A stretch of DNA of 64,000 nucleotides from an uncultured virus (IMG/VR IMGVR_UViG_3300046008_001858) (IMGVR_UViG_3300046008_001858), one strand, 5' to 3'; positions 49,389-60,008 are shown, counted from the stretch's first letter. Notes: generated from the letters alone by a model not told the origin. Translations and numbers: made by a program.

Positions 49389-50190
49389 GAGTTGATCATC
49401 TCGTTTAAAATGATATCCTTTGTAAAGCCTACTAAAAGTTTAGTTAGGTCGATAATATAGATTAAGGATCGGAAAACTGTTCGGTCGAGGATTCTATTAT
49501 ATAGTGGCGAAAGATAGACGCAAATTAATAATTGATAGTGAATTAACACAAGTCTGTGTAAAGTTGTAGTTCCTGTGTGGGTAATGCTAAATCATAGACA
49601 TACTACCAAAATTGGTAGTAAAAACTTTTATTAATTCCTACAATTTATAGGTGGTAGGCCTATAGCTATATTAATTAAATTAATATCTGGTTCGATTCCA
49701 GTTGGTGGAAGTAACTTCGTGCGTACTCAAATGCTATTCCATGGTGGAAAATTTTTTTAATAATGAAGTGGCGGAATATAGACGCTAATCAGGATAGGTG
49801 CAGAGTTTGAGTTGTACAACACAAAATAACTCGTTTCAATCGTGGCAAGGGGATGTACACCTGGCAATGTCAAAAAGAGCACTTTTCATGCAACGAAAGT
49901 TGATCAAGAATTTTATTCGAAGATGGTGAAAGTCCCATGACTTCATAAGTTTACAAAAGTAAACCGTTTTGAACATTACGAAAAATGTCTATCGAGGTGC
50001 TAGAACCAGCGTAGCAAACTAGAAGTAATTTAACACTGAATAAATCGGGTTTAAATTATAGTTTACTGTCTTAACAGGGATTGTGGCTTGAGAGCAAGGT
50101 AGCCGAGAAAACTTCTTGCAGAGTAGATTATCAATCATCTACCAGAGTTGAATAACTCAATAAAATTCCTACAGACGTGTAGGTAATTTT
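49389..50190 (+). ncRNA. Large structured ncRNA, ~800 nt, GOLLD-like candidate
   Basis: TATAAT at 49377..49382, terminal hairpin at 50162..50190, no credible ORF, dense stems, two D-arm/T-arm mimics; family assignment unverified. Confidence 0.75.
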
Positions 50191-50274
50191 ACCTTTATTA
50201 TGTTGATTAAATATTTTTATTAAGATAAATATCTAACTAATTTTTAAGTTACTACTCATTTATATTCTCTTTAA

Positions 50275-50745
50275 TTACTTAATTTGTATTCCTAATGATT
50301 TAAATATAAAAGTTATTATTAATCCAATAATAATCGCTATAATAATAGATATTATTATTCCAACAATAACGCTACCAGCAGATTGCTTCATATCATTATT
50401 TTCGATTGTTTTAAAAAATTTACCTTTAATTTTAATATTATTATCATTTAAATAAATTATTGTGTATTGATAAAGTCCAAATCCTAATCCCATAACTAAA
50501 AATTGTGTCATTTTAAAATCGACATAAGTCATTATTGACATAATAATTAGTATTGAAATAAATCCTATAGCATAAGTAATATTTCTTTTTTTGTAATCTC
50601 CCATAGATTCATAATTTTTTGCACAAAAGTACATTCCAGCCGCTAAACCACCAATAACTGTTCCGAACACTATTTGTGTTGGAGAAAAGAACTTACCTTT
50701 AGGGGTTATATTATTTTCAGATACTTCTTTAATATTATTTACCAT
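50275..50745 (-). CDS. Membrane protein
   Basis: GAGGA RBS; 4 TM segments. Confidence 0.75.
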   Translation of the reverse strand: MVNNIKEVSENNITPKGKFFSPTQIVFGTVIGGLAAGMYFCAKNYESMGDYKKRNITYAIGFISILIIMSIMTYVDFKMTQFLVMGLGFGLYQYTIIYLNDNNIKIKGKFFKTIENNDMKQSAGSVIVGIIISIIIAIIIGLIITFIFKSLGIQIK

Positions 50746-51057
50746 CTAATTTTATTCCTCCATATTGAATTATATTATGATCGACAGCAAATAAACTTGC
50801 TATTAATAATCTTTTTGTCATTATTTTCTCCTGTTTTATGGCCGTTTTACGGTTATAGTATTTATCGAAGTTGAAGTATATCTTATTTTTTTAATAAAAA
50901 TATATTTTGCATGGTTATTATATTTATTTATACAATGATAAGTCAAATTTTAACATTTTTTATAATTATTGCGGATATTTTTACGGCCATTAAATCCCAG
51001 AATATTGGGACTTAAATGAATATATGTACTTAAATATTGCTGATATTTTTGCTGATA

Positions 51058-51540
51058 TTAAATAACTGTAAGATGCTGATATTTTGATTTCAATCTTAAA
51101 TACTCGTCATATTCTTTTTTTTCAGATTCATTTTCTAATTTATTGAAAACCATTCTATTTAAATATAGTTTTATACTTTGATTTCCACTTAAATAAGTAA
51201 AAGAATTCTTAACAGAATTCAAAATATAAGGATAAACTTTATTTGATTCTTTTCTATGTAAATCATTATAAGATTCGAAATTTAAATCAATATCTTTAAT
51301 ATAAGATATCAATCCTTCCTTTTGATTATATTTATTAAAAACTCTTTCTTTAATAGAACTAATTAATGATTCTAAACATTCTTTAATAATATTTTCATCT
51401 GCATATTCATTTAAAATAATACTTTTTGAATAAGACTCAAAAGATTCTTCAAAATAACCATCTTCATTTCTTAAATCAAAATCTCCATCTGTTTCAATTT
51501 GAATATTAATTTCTAATGCTTTTTCTACTTTCATGATCAA
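51058..51540 (-). CDS. Hypothetical protein
   Basis: AAGGGG RBS. Confidence 0.75.
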   Translation of the reverse strand: MIMKVEKALEINIQIETDGDFDLRNEDGYFEESFESYSKSIILNEYADENIIKECLESLISSIKERVFNKYNQKEGLISYIKDIDLNFESYNDLHRKESNKVYPYILNSVKNSFTYLSGNQSIKLYLNRMVFNKLENESEKKEYDEYLRLKSKYQHLTVI

Positions 51541-51662
51541 ACCCCTTATTTGGTACTATTTATTTGTAATAATTAATATAATTATAATCAAATTAAACTT
51601 AAAGTTACCAATGAACTGATATTTTTTGTTATAATTATATCAATATAACAGGAGAATTAAAA

Positions 51663-52037
51663 ATGAAAAAAATATTATTATTAAGTATTCTATACTCTTT
51701 ATCTTTTGCATCGTTTAAAGAAATATCATACAGAGAAGCAACAAAAAATACTGATAAAGCAATTTGGATGCTAGATAGACATAAATGTGTGACTTCTGTT
51801 GAGCATGTAAAAGAAGCACTTGGAAATGAAGATATAAAAACAAAAGAAGCTATCAAAATTATTTTTGAGGATTATTATGCAGCAGGAAAACTTTATGATT
51901 CTCAAACATCCTTTTTTATAGATAAAAATAAAAATAAAATAAAAGTTATCAGTGATTCTGGAGTACATTTATTTTTTAAAAATAAAAAAGATTGTAAAAA
52001 ATTAGAAAAACCATTAAAAAATAGTATTTTTTTATAA
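51663..52037 (+). CDS. Secreted hypothetical protein
   Basis: Signal peptide ending LSFA; AGGAG RBS. Confidence 0.75.
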   Translation: MKKILLLSILYSLSFASFKEISYREATKNTDKAIWMLDRHKCVTSVEHVKEALGNEDIKTKEAIKIIFEDYYAAGKLYDSQTSFFIDKNKNKIKVISDSGVHLFFKNKKDCKKLEKPLKNSIFL

Positions 52038-52079
52038 AATAATCATATTACTTAGTAATTTTTATACTAAGGATTTATA

Positions 52080-52256
52080 ATGACACGTCTAAACAATGTT
52101 CCTACAGCGGATTATATGGGCTTTTACTTTACTGACGGTACTAAGTATTACTTTGGTGGTACATCTAATATCGAAGGTGAAGTTGCAGAACAAGACATGG
52201 AAATCATGTGGCGCAATTTACGTGCAGCATGGTATCTCGAATCAAAACGGAAGTAA
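52080..52256 (+). CDS. Small protein, 58 aa (below ORF-track cutoff)
   Basis: AAGGA RBS; MTRLNNVPTADYMGFYFTDG... Confidence 0.7.
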   Translation: MTRLNNVPTADYMGFYFTDGTKYYFGGTSNIEGEVAEQDMEIMWRNLRAAWYLESKRK

Positions 52257-52545
52257 TTCCGTTTTACTTTTAGTAAAATGATTTTAATTTATCTATTATT
52301 GGCAATAAAGTTATTATTACTAAAATAATCGTAATGAATATTCTTATTGTAATTTCTTTTTTTGACATAAATGTCTCCTTTAATAAAAATATTAGATTAA
52401 ATATTTAAATATAACTATAACATAATTAATTATTTCAATTTTATACATATATAAAAGCTTTAAGCTTAATATAATAAAGTATAAGATATGATTTAAAATC
52501 TAAAAAATAAAAAGCGCTTTAAAATAGCAGCTAGAGGACAAAAAA

Positions 52546-54567
52546 ATGCAAAAAAATATTTTAATTTCTTCATTAAGTTTGATTACATTCTTAACGATTG
52601 AAAGCAATGCTTCCAACTTATCTGTGTCTTCAAATGAAGATCAAAATATTTCACTTGAATTAAGTGCTGCTCCAAAACCTGGCGTCGATTATACAAGAAC
52701 ATCTCAATTTCTTCAAACAAGATACACAACATCTCAATTATCACAAATTAATGCACAAGTAGCTCATAATAATGGCTTTACAGGTGGTAATCTATCTAAA
52801 ACATTATCATATACAAAAGTTGCTTCTGATACATCTAATAGAAATTTGCAGACAGTTGTTGCGGTATTAGATAGTGGAATCAATGCAACACACGATGATT
52901 TAAAATCAGTAGGTAAAATTGAAGCATTTAAAGATTTTACAAGTACACAAACAGTTGCTTATGATAATTTTGGACATGGAACAATGGTTTCTTCTATTAT
53001 TGCTGGAGATCGTCAAAGTGCTACAGATCCTTTTTATGGTATTGCTTATGGAGCTAATTTAATTGAAGGCCAAATCATAACATCTAGTGGAGGAACTAAC
53101 AATATTCTTTTACAACAAGGAATTGATTGGGTTGTACAACAAAAAACATTGTTAGATAAACCTAATGTTAAACAAGTTGTTTCTTTAAATCTTAGCTTAG
53201 GAACTAATGATTCTAGTTTTATTAATACTAGTTTTAAAAATTCATTATTAAATGCATTAAATTCAGGATTATCAATTGTTTCAGCTGCTGGTAATGAAGG
53301 ACTTGATTGTAAGGATACAGGAACAGGAATTAATGGTAAATGTAGTTTCCCAGCTGCAGCACCTTGGGTTAATTCTGCAGATACAGCTTCTTATTTAAAT
53401 AAAAGCGGAGCTTGGGTTGTTGTTGGTTCTGTTGATAGAACAAATAAAATATCAGCATTTAGTAATAGAGCTGGAGTATCAAAAAGTAATTACATTGTAG
53501 CTCCTGGTGAAAATTTAATTGGTGACTCTAATACTGTTAATAATGGATATGTAGTTGGTTCAGGAACATCTTTTGCTGCACCACTTGTCTCAGGTGCTTT
53601 AGCTTTATTCGCTCAAAAATGGCCATATTTACAAGGAAGACAACATGCACAAATCATGTTTGATACAGCAACAGATCTTGGTACACCAGGAATTGACGAT
53701 ATATATGGTAACGGATTGTTAAATTTAACAAAAGCTTTTAATCCTGTTGGAGTTATTGCAATTCCTACTGGTACAAAAAGTGTATTTTCAAAATCAATAC
53801 AAACAACAAACAATACATCTTTAAAAACAAGTACAGCAATATCTTTAAAATCATTAACTTTGGATAATAGTATTGTAGTAGATTCTTATAATAGAGATTT
53901 TTCCGTAAGTTTAAATAATGCGGTATCAACAACAGGTTCAAGTCCTGTTGATTTTAAAAATTTCATGACATTTAATTATGGTGATATGCTTTTTGGTGTT
54001 GATCAAAGTCGAGATATGTTAATGGTTGGATATAAATTCAATGATAGCTCAAAACTAAAAGTTTCTTATGACAATACGTTTTTAGGAACTCAATCAGATG
54101 GAGCCTTATCTATTGGTAGTGCAAATAGTATTTATGTAAATTATGATAAAAACGTAGTTAGTTATAATGATTTCGTACTAAATGTTAATGGAACATATGC
54201 ATATGCTGAAGCAAATACAGCAAATAATAGTGTTATTACAGATTTATCATCTGCTCAAGCTATTGGTGGTGAAATTACAGCTATGTATAAAGATTTTGGA
54301 TTAGGATATGAAATTCCATTAAGAACTATTAATGGAAGTGCTTCTTTAAATACAGCAACTTCTGTTGATTTAGATGGCAATCTTATTTATACTCAAGATA
54401 AAACAAGCTTAAATCCAGATTCATTTCAACAAGTTTATTCAGTGTTTTATCAAAAACAAATGCAAAATTTATATTTCCAAACAAAACTAAGTAGAACAAA
54501 TGACGCTTATGGTATTAATAATCTTGCGAGTAATGATATTAAAGTAATGTTAAATTATTTTTACTAA
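52546..54567 (+). CDS. S8 subtilisin-like serine protease with probable C-terminal beta-barrel
   Basis: VLDSG, FGHGT, AAGNE, GTSFAAP; ends in alternating pattern LNYFY. Confidence 0.92.
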   Translation: MQKNILISSLSLITFLTIESNASNLSVSSNEDQNISLELSAAPKPGVDYTRTSQFLQTRYTTSQLSQINAQVAHNNGFTGGNLSKTLSYTKVASDTSNRNLQTVVAVLDSGINATHDDLKSVGKIEAFKDFTSTQTVAYDNFGHGTMVSSIIAGDRQSATDPFYGIAYGANLIEGQIITSSGGTNNILLQQGIDWVVQQKTLLDKPNVKQVVSLNLSLGTNDSSFINTSFKNSLLNALNSGLSIVSAAGNEGLDCKDTGTGINGKCSFPAAAPWVNSADTASYLNKSGAWVVVGSVDRTNKISAFSNRAGVSKSNYIVAPGENLIGDSNTVNNGYVVGSGTSFAAPLVSGALALFAQKWPYLQGRQHAQIMFDTATDLGTPGIDDIYGNGLLNLTKAFNPVGVIAIPTGTKSVFSKSIQTTNNTSLKTSTAISLKSLTLDNSIVVDSYNRDFSVSLNNAVSTTGSSPVDFKNFMTFNYGDMLFGVDQSRDMLMVGYKFNDSSKLKVSYDNTFLGTQSDGALSIGSANSIYVNYDKNVVSYNDFVLNVNGTYAYAEANTANNSVITDLSSAQAIGGEITAMYKDFGLGYEIPLRTINGSASLNTATSVDLDGNLIYTQDKTSLNPDSFQQVYSVFYQKQMQNLYFQTKLSRTNDAYGINNLASNDIKVMLNYFY

Positions 54568-54638
54568 AAGTTCTTTTTTAATTTTATTTTAAATTTATTC
54601 TGATAAAATAACATAATTAAAATAAAAAGAGAGAATCC

Positions 54639-56723
54639 ATGAAACAAAAAATTCTATTATCGTCATTAAGCTTAATTGCATTTTCATTAGTTGGTTGTAG
54701 TGGTGGAGGTGGAGGTGGCCCTTCAGTTCCAACACAAGTAATCATTCCTCCACCAACAGATACTAATACAAGTACTGAAACAAATACTACAACACCTCCT
54801 GTAGTTCCTCCTCCATCTGGTCCTGGCGTTGATTATACAGATCCGTCACAATTTGTTCAAACAACAAACATTCCTTTACAATTATCACAAATTAATGCTC
54901 AAGTAGCTTATAATAATGGTTTTACTGGTGGTAATCTATCTGAATCTACAACATATACAACTGTTGCTTCTGATACGTCAAATAGAAATCTACAAACAAT
55001 TATTGCGGTATTAGATAGTGGAATCAATGCAAATCATGAAGATTTAAATTCAACAGGTAAAATAGAAGCTTTTAAAGATTTTACAGCAACAAATAGTGTA
55101 ACTCCTTATGATAATTTTGGACATGGAACAATGGTTTCTTCTATTTTAGCAGGAACAAGACAAGATGTTAATGATACATATTACGGTGTAGCATACGGTG
55201 CACACTTAATTGAAGGTCAAATTATTACCTCTGCTGGAACAACTGATAATATTATATTGAAGAATGCGATTGACTGGGCAGTTCAACAAAAATTAGCACT
55301 AGATGTAGCAAATGTTAAGCAAGTTGTTGCATTAAATTTAAGTCTAGGAACTACTGATTCAAGTTTTGTAAATACAACATTTAAAAATTCATTATTAGCA
55401 GCATTGAATACAGGAATGTCAATTGTATCAGCGGCAGGAAATGAAGGTCTTGATTGTTTGGATACAGGCACTGGAATTAATGGAAAATGTAGTTTCCCAG
55501 CTGCCGCACCTTGGGTTAATCCTGCTGATACAGCATCTTATTTAACAAATAATGGTGGATGGGTTGTTGTTGGATCTGTTGATTCAAATAATAATATTTC
55601 TGCATTTAGTAATAAAGCAGGTGTAACAAAAAGTAATTATATTGTTGCTCCTGGTGAAAATCTTATAGGAGCTGCTTATAATCAAAATGACGGCTATAGA
55701 GTCGGATCAGGAACATCTTTTGCAGCACCATTAGTATCTGGAGCTTTAGCTTTATTTACTCAAAAATGGCCTCACTTATCAGGAAGACAACATTCTCAAA
55801 TTATGTTTGATACTGCAACTGATCTTGGTGCTCCAGGAATTGACGATGTATATGGAAATGGGTTATTAGACTTAAGTAAAGCATTTAATCCAGTTGGAAC
55901 AGTTGCTATTCCTACTGGATTAACAAATGTTTTTAATGGTCAATCAACACAAAATGTTGTTAATACATCTTTTAAAACAAGTTCAAGTATTCTTTCATTA
56001 AAATCTTTAACTTATTTGAACAATACAATTGGAGTTGACTCTTATAATAGAGATTTCACAATGAACTTAACAAATTCAATTTCTACTACTGGTACAAGTC
56101 CTGTAGATTTTAAAAATTTCATGACCTTTAATTATGGAGATGTTCTTTTTGGTGTAGATTCAGCTAGAAATATGCCTTTAGTAGGATATAAATTTAATGA
56201 TAACTCAAAAATAAAAGTTTCTTATGATAATACATTCCTCGGGACTCAATCAGAAGGTGCTTTGTCAATTGGTAATTCTAATACAATTTATGTTAATTAT
56301 GAAAAAGTTTTAGTTAATGAAGAAAATTTTAAATTGAATTTTAGTGGAAATTATGCTTATGGTAAAGCAAACACAGCTGCAAATAGTATTATTACTGATA
56401 TTGATTCTGTACAGGCTATCGGTGGTGAAGTAACAGCTATGTATAAAGATTTTGGTGTTGGCTATGAAATTCCTTTGCGTGCTGTAAGTGGTTCTATGTC
56501 TTTTAATACACCTACAAGTATTGATAATAGTGGAAATATTATTTACACTCAAAATACTTCTAGTTTGAATCCAGATACATTTCAACAAGTATATTCTATG
56601 TTTTATCAAAAACAAATGAATGATTTTTATTTACAAACAAAATTAAGCCATACAAACGATGCTTATGGTATTAATAATCTTATTAGTAATGATTTAAAAG
56701 TTAGCTTAAATTATTTCTATTAA
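54639..56723 (+). CDS. S8 protease paralogue with lipoprotein signal (SphB1/NalP-like layout)
   Basis: LVGC-SGGGGGG lipobox, Pro/Thr linker, same catalytic triad. Confidence 0.92.
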   Translation: MKQKILLSSLSLIAFSLVGCSGGGGGGPSVPTQVIIPPPTDTNTSTETNTTTPPVVPPPSGPGVDYTDPSQFVQTTNIPLQLSQINAQVAYNNGFTGGNLSESTTYTTVASDTSNRNLQTIIAVLDSGINANHEDLNSTGKIEAFKDFTATNSVTPYDNFGHGTMVSSILAGTRQDVNDTYYGVAYGAHLIEGQIITSAGTTDNIILKNAIDWAVQQKLALDVANVKQVVALNLSLGTTDSSFVNTTFKNSLLAALNTGMSIVSAAGNEGLDCLDTGTGINGKCSFPAAAPWVNPADTASYLTNNGGWVVVGSVDSNNNISAFSNKAGVTKSNYIVAPGENLIGAAYNQNDGYRVGSGTSFAAPLVSGALALFTQKWPHLSGRQHSQIMFDTATDLGAPGIDDVYGNGLLDLSKAFNPVGTVAIPTGLTNVFNGQSTQNVVNTSFKTSSSILSLKSLTYLNNTIGVDSYNRDFTMNLTNSISTTGTSPVDFKNFMTFNYGDVLFGVDSARNMPLVGYKFNDNSKIKVSYDNTFLGTQSEGALSIGNSNTIYVNYEKVLVNEENFKLNFSGNYAYGKANTAANSIITDIDSVQAIGGEVTAMYKDFGVGYEIPLRAVSGSMSFNTPTSIDNSGNIIYTQNTSSLNPDTFQQVYSMFYQKQMNDFYLQTKLSHTNDAYGINNLISNDLKVSLNYFY

Positions 56724-57058
56724 TTAGAATCACTATCTGGTTCAGATTCTAAGTCTGAATAAAAATCTTCAGTTAATTCTGAATCTAATTTATTCATATA
56801 TGAATAATCAGATTTAGAATTAGCATAATCGCTATTCATAACAGTCTTAATTATATCAAATTCTGTATTATTAATACCTATATTTCCACTTCCTAAACTA
56901 TCATGTATGTTTCCTACATCTAAATTATTAGAACTATTTGAAGACATTAAATAAAAAATATTCTTTAAACTTATTGGATTATCAGAAAGACTTGATATAA
57001 AAAACATTAGAAGAAAAAATGCTCCTAAAAATATTGCGTATATAATATAATCACCCAT
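56720..57058 (-). CDS. Single-TM hypothetical protein
   Basis: GAGG RBS. Confidence 0.6.
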   Translation of the reverse strand: MGDYIIYAIFLGAFFLLMFFISSLSDNPISLKNIFYLMSSNSSNNLDVGNIHDSLGSGNIGINNTEFDIIKTVMNSDYANSKSDYSYMNKLDSELTEDFYSDLESEPDSDSN

Positions 57059-57166
57059 TTTTAAAACCTCTGCTATTTATTTTTTATAATTATAACGAGT
57101 TATTTATATTTAAGTTTAAGTAATGTATAATTACATATTATTAAAATAGCAATAAAGGAATAAAAA

Positions 57167-57574
57167 ATGCCAAGTTTGACTAAAATTGAAATTAAAAATT
57201 ATTCAATGGAAGCGCACGTTCAAGGTGAAGATTTTATTGAAGGATATGGATATGTTATTGAATTAGATGACGATAATCCAACTAAATTTAATACTTCTCA
57301 CGTAAGAAAAGTTCTTCCAACTAAATTAAAACTTTATTACAGAAATATGCAAAAGTTGGAATTTAATATTATAAAAGATGGAAGAGAATTAAGAAAAACT
57401 ATTCCTTTTGATTTATCTTATAAACCTTCATTGAAATTCTTTTTTGACAAAGATGAATGTTTAGAATCATATGCTAAAGATAAAGATCGTGCTATTCAAA
57501 TTTTAAAAAATAAATATGAAGCATTAAATTCTCTTCAAGAAGAGTTAAATGCAAATTATCAATATTTAGCATAA
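57167..57574 (+). CDS. Hypothetical protein
   Basis: AAGGA RBS. Confidence 0.75.
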   Translation: MPSLTKIEIKNYSMEAHVQGEDFIEGYGYVIELDDDNPTKFNTSHVRKVLPTKLKLYYRNMQKLEFNIIKDGRELRKTIPFDLSYKPSLKFFFDKDECLESYAKDKDRAIQILKNKYEALNSLQEELNANYQYLA

Positions 57575-57585
57575 AAGGATAAAAA

Positions 57586-57762
57586 ATGGCAATAAAAGTA
57601 GAATGTGAATGGGATCTAGGTGTTGGTTTGATTTCGTCATGGGATTCGAAAGAAGATGCAGAAGAATTCTTTAAAAAAACAATGAAAGATTATGAAGATG
57701 AACTTCAATATACATATGAAGAAGCAATTCAAGATGGAATGATTACTTATTCTGAAAATTAG
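57586..57762 (+). CDS. Small acidic protein, 58 aa (below cutoff)
   Basis: AAGGA RBS; MAIKVECEWDLGVG... Confidence 0.7.
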   Translation: MAIKVECEWDLGVGLISSWDSKEDAEEFFKKTMKDYEDELQYTYEEAIQDGMITYSEN

Positions 57763-57873
57763 TATATAACTATATAATTTTGTTATTGGAACAAAAGATT
57801 TTAAAGGTGTCTTTAAGACTTTACTTGCTAATTTTATAGCTAAAAGTCCACTTAGTGGCGAAAGGATTTTGAA

Positions 57874-58161
57874 ATGGCGAAAATATATATTCAAACACTA
57901 GAAAATACTGGTGAAGTAAGAGTTACAGGATCTAAAAAAATTAGATCGTATTTAAAAGATACGTTAAGAGCATTGGAAGATTCTGGAATTTCAACGGAAG
58001 ATGCACACAATAGAATTGCAAAATATATAAAAAGTTTTTTTATATGTGATTCAAAAGTTGATTTTTTTGACGAAAAATTTAGTCAAGCGGATATGGTAAC
58101 ATTGGCAACATATAAAGCTCATAAAGATTTATTTCTTGACGCTTTAACAGATTTGATTTAA
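57874..58161 (+). CDS. Hypothetical protein
   Basis: AAGGA RBS within CCAC-N3-GTGG leader. Confidence 0.75.
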   Translation: MAKIYIQTLENTGEVRVTGSKKIRSYLKDTLRALEDSGISTEDAHNRIAKYIKSFFICDSKVDFFDEKFSQADMVTLATYKAHKDLFLDALTDLI

Positions 58162-58189
58162 AAATCCACAAAGTGGTGAAAGGTTTATT

Positions 58190-58642
58190 ATGAAATTCGA
58201 ATTTGAAGTAAGCAGAACTTACGTATTTAAAGGAACTGTTTGCGTTGAAGCTGATTCAGAAGAAGAAGCAAAAGAAAAAGCATTTGATATGATTGGTGAT
58301 ACTAATCTATCTATTAGTTATGCTATTGACGGTGAAGACCGTGTTGAAGGTGATAATTATGGTGAATTTTTACAATCAGTTGATATTGATCAACTTAATA
58401 TAAAAATTTTAAGAGAATGGGCAGAATCTTATGGATATCTATTGCCATCTCATAAAAATACTGCTTTTGAAAAAGATAAATATAATTGTTATCTAAAAAC
58501 AAAAACTATGTCAGAAGATAAATGTGTTAAAGCATTTGTCTATAATACTGAATTTGAAGCCATTGAAGCAGCATGTAAATGGCTATTCAATACTTACAAA
58601 AAAATTACAACTTATCCTGTGTTAATTGAAAAAGGAGTTTAA
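58190..58642 (+). CDS. Hypothetical protein; C-terminal half resembles array family
   Basis: VEADSEEEAKEKA N-domain; LREWAESYGY...TEFEAIEAACKWLF. Confidence 0.8.
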   Translation: MKFEFEVSRTYVFKGTVCVEADSEEEAKEKAFDMIGDTNLSISYAIDGEDRVEGDNYGEFLQSVDIDQLNIKILREWAESYGYLLPSHKNTAFEKDKYNCYLKTKTMSEDKCVKAFVYNTEFEAIEAACKWLFNTYKKITTYPVLIEKGV

Positions 58643-58643
58643 A

Positions 58644-59051
58644 ATGCGAATTTTAGGTTTAGATAAAAGAAAAACATCTGCTAAGTTTTATGGGAATCAT
58701 CCGACAAATCCAACAGAAATTTTTATTAATATTAATTATTCTAGAAATGGAATTGAAGGATTTGTTGAATTAACTGAAAGATATGTTTATCAAATGAAAT
58801 TGAAATATGATAGACCTGTTATGTATAAGGGGTTAAATCTTCATTGTAAAGACTTTGATCGTCATTCCACACAAGATATCGTATTAACAGAATCAGTAAT
58901 TGCTGATATGCTTAAAATGCTTCTAACTGGCGATGTTATTATTGAGGATGGTTGTTATGTTGTAAATTTCCTATTAAATAAATGTGGAGATAGATATTCA
59001 ATGCAACTTTTAACTCATAGAGAAGTTCAAGAGTTGATAAGAAATTCTTAG
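58644..59051 (+). CDS. Hypothetical protein
   Basis: AAGGAG RBS before MRILG. Confidence 0.75.
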   Translation: MRILGLDKRKTSAKFYGNHPTNPTEIFININYSRNGIEGFVELTERYVYQMKLKYDRPVMYKGLNLHCKDFDRHSTQDIVLTESVIADMLKMLLTGDVIIEDGCYVVNFLLNKCGDRYSMQLLTHREVQELIRNS

Positions 59052-59113
59052 TGTCGTAAAGACTAAAATAAGCTAATTAGCTTTAAAACCACATTGTGGT
59101 GAAAGGGTTTATT

Positions 59114-59542
59114 ATGGAATATTCAATTAAATATCCAAAAATCATATATACTGATCAATTTACAGTTGAAGGTAATTATGAAGAATATATTGAAGGTTAT
59201 AATAAAAATTGTGTAGGTGAAAATATTAGAAAAGGAACTTATGAAATTCTTATTGATAAAAATGATATTAACACTATTTTAAGTGAATATAAATTTTTCA
59301 TGTATTGCTCTGATCAAAAATATATTAATTATGTTTCTGATTTAACTTTTTATAAATATTTTATTAAATTTTTCGAAAATATTGATTATAGATATATTTC
59401 AAATCAAGTTTTTTACTATTATAATGAATATGGAATAAAAGGTGTTCTTGAAATTTCTTACACAAAAGAAGAAGATCAAGAATTTAAATTAAAGATGGAT
59501 GCTTTAAATTTAATTATTCAAGCACAAAAAATGTCTTTTTGA
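59114..59542 (+). CDS. Hypothetical protein
   Basis: AAGGG RBS before MEYSIK. Confidence 0.75.
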   Translation: MEYSIKYPKIIYTDQFTVEGNYEEYIEGYNKNCVGENIRKGTYEILIDKNDINTILSEYKFFMYCSDQKYINYVSDLTFYKYFIKFFENIDYRYISNQVFYYYNEYGIKGVLEISYTKEEDQEFKLKMDALNLIIQAQKMSF

Positions 59543-59597
59543 ACCCTTTGGGTTCTTTTTATTGTAAAATAATAAAAAAGATCAGAGGTTTATTTTT

Positions 59598-60008
59598 ATG
59601 AATAAAAAAATTATATTTATACTATTAATTTTTGCTTCCACATGTTTCGCAAAAGCATATTATAAACCTACTTATAATTATCATAAAAACTCAATAACAA
59701 AAGTTGAGCCAATAGGACAGAAAAAATATCAACCAAATAATACTGATTTAAAAAATATAAACAATCAACAAATAAGACCTGTAATAAATAATTACAATAC
59801 TGGATTTGTAAGATCAATGGTAGGGACTATGGCAGGAATGTATTTATTTAATTCATTAGCTAATGAAAACGAATTAAATAATTTAAGTTATGAAAACTCA
59901 AATGAAAGTAGTTTAGGAATTATTTTTGGATATATATTATCATTTTTAATAATATTGTTATTCATCTATATTTTTTATAGAATATTAAAATTATTCTTTA
60001 AAATATAG
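59598..60008 (+). CDS. Secreted/membrane hypothetical protein
   Basis: Signal peptide, C-terminal TM. Confidence 0.7.
   Translation: MNKKIIFILLIFASTCFAKAYYKPTYNYHKNSITKVEPIGQKKYQPNNTDLKNINNQQIRPVINNYNTGFVRSMVGTMAGMYLFNSLANENELNNLSYENSNESSLGIIFGYILSFLIILLFIYIFYRILKLFFKI

Noticed and set aside
49292..49549. 85-aa minus-strand ORF
   Set aside because: No RBS; antisense to the structured RNA and its promoter
49500..49710. tRNA-Leu-like gene (D-arm and T-arm motifs)
   Set aside because: Arms are ~165 nt apart with no canonical anticodon arm or CCA end; treated as part of the large ncRNA
52096..52281. 61-aa tracked ORF
   Set aside because: Overlapping frame 52080..52256 has the RBS and more protein-like composition
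57637..57894. 85-aa minus-strand ORF
   Set aside because: Antisense to the RBS-supported 57586..57762 gene
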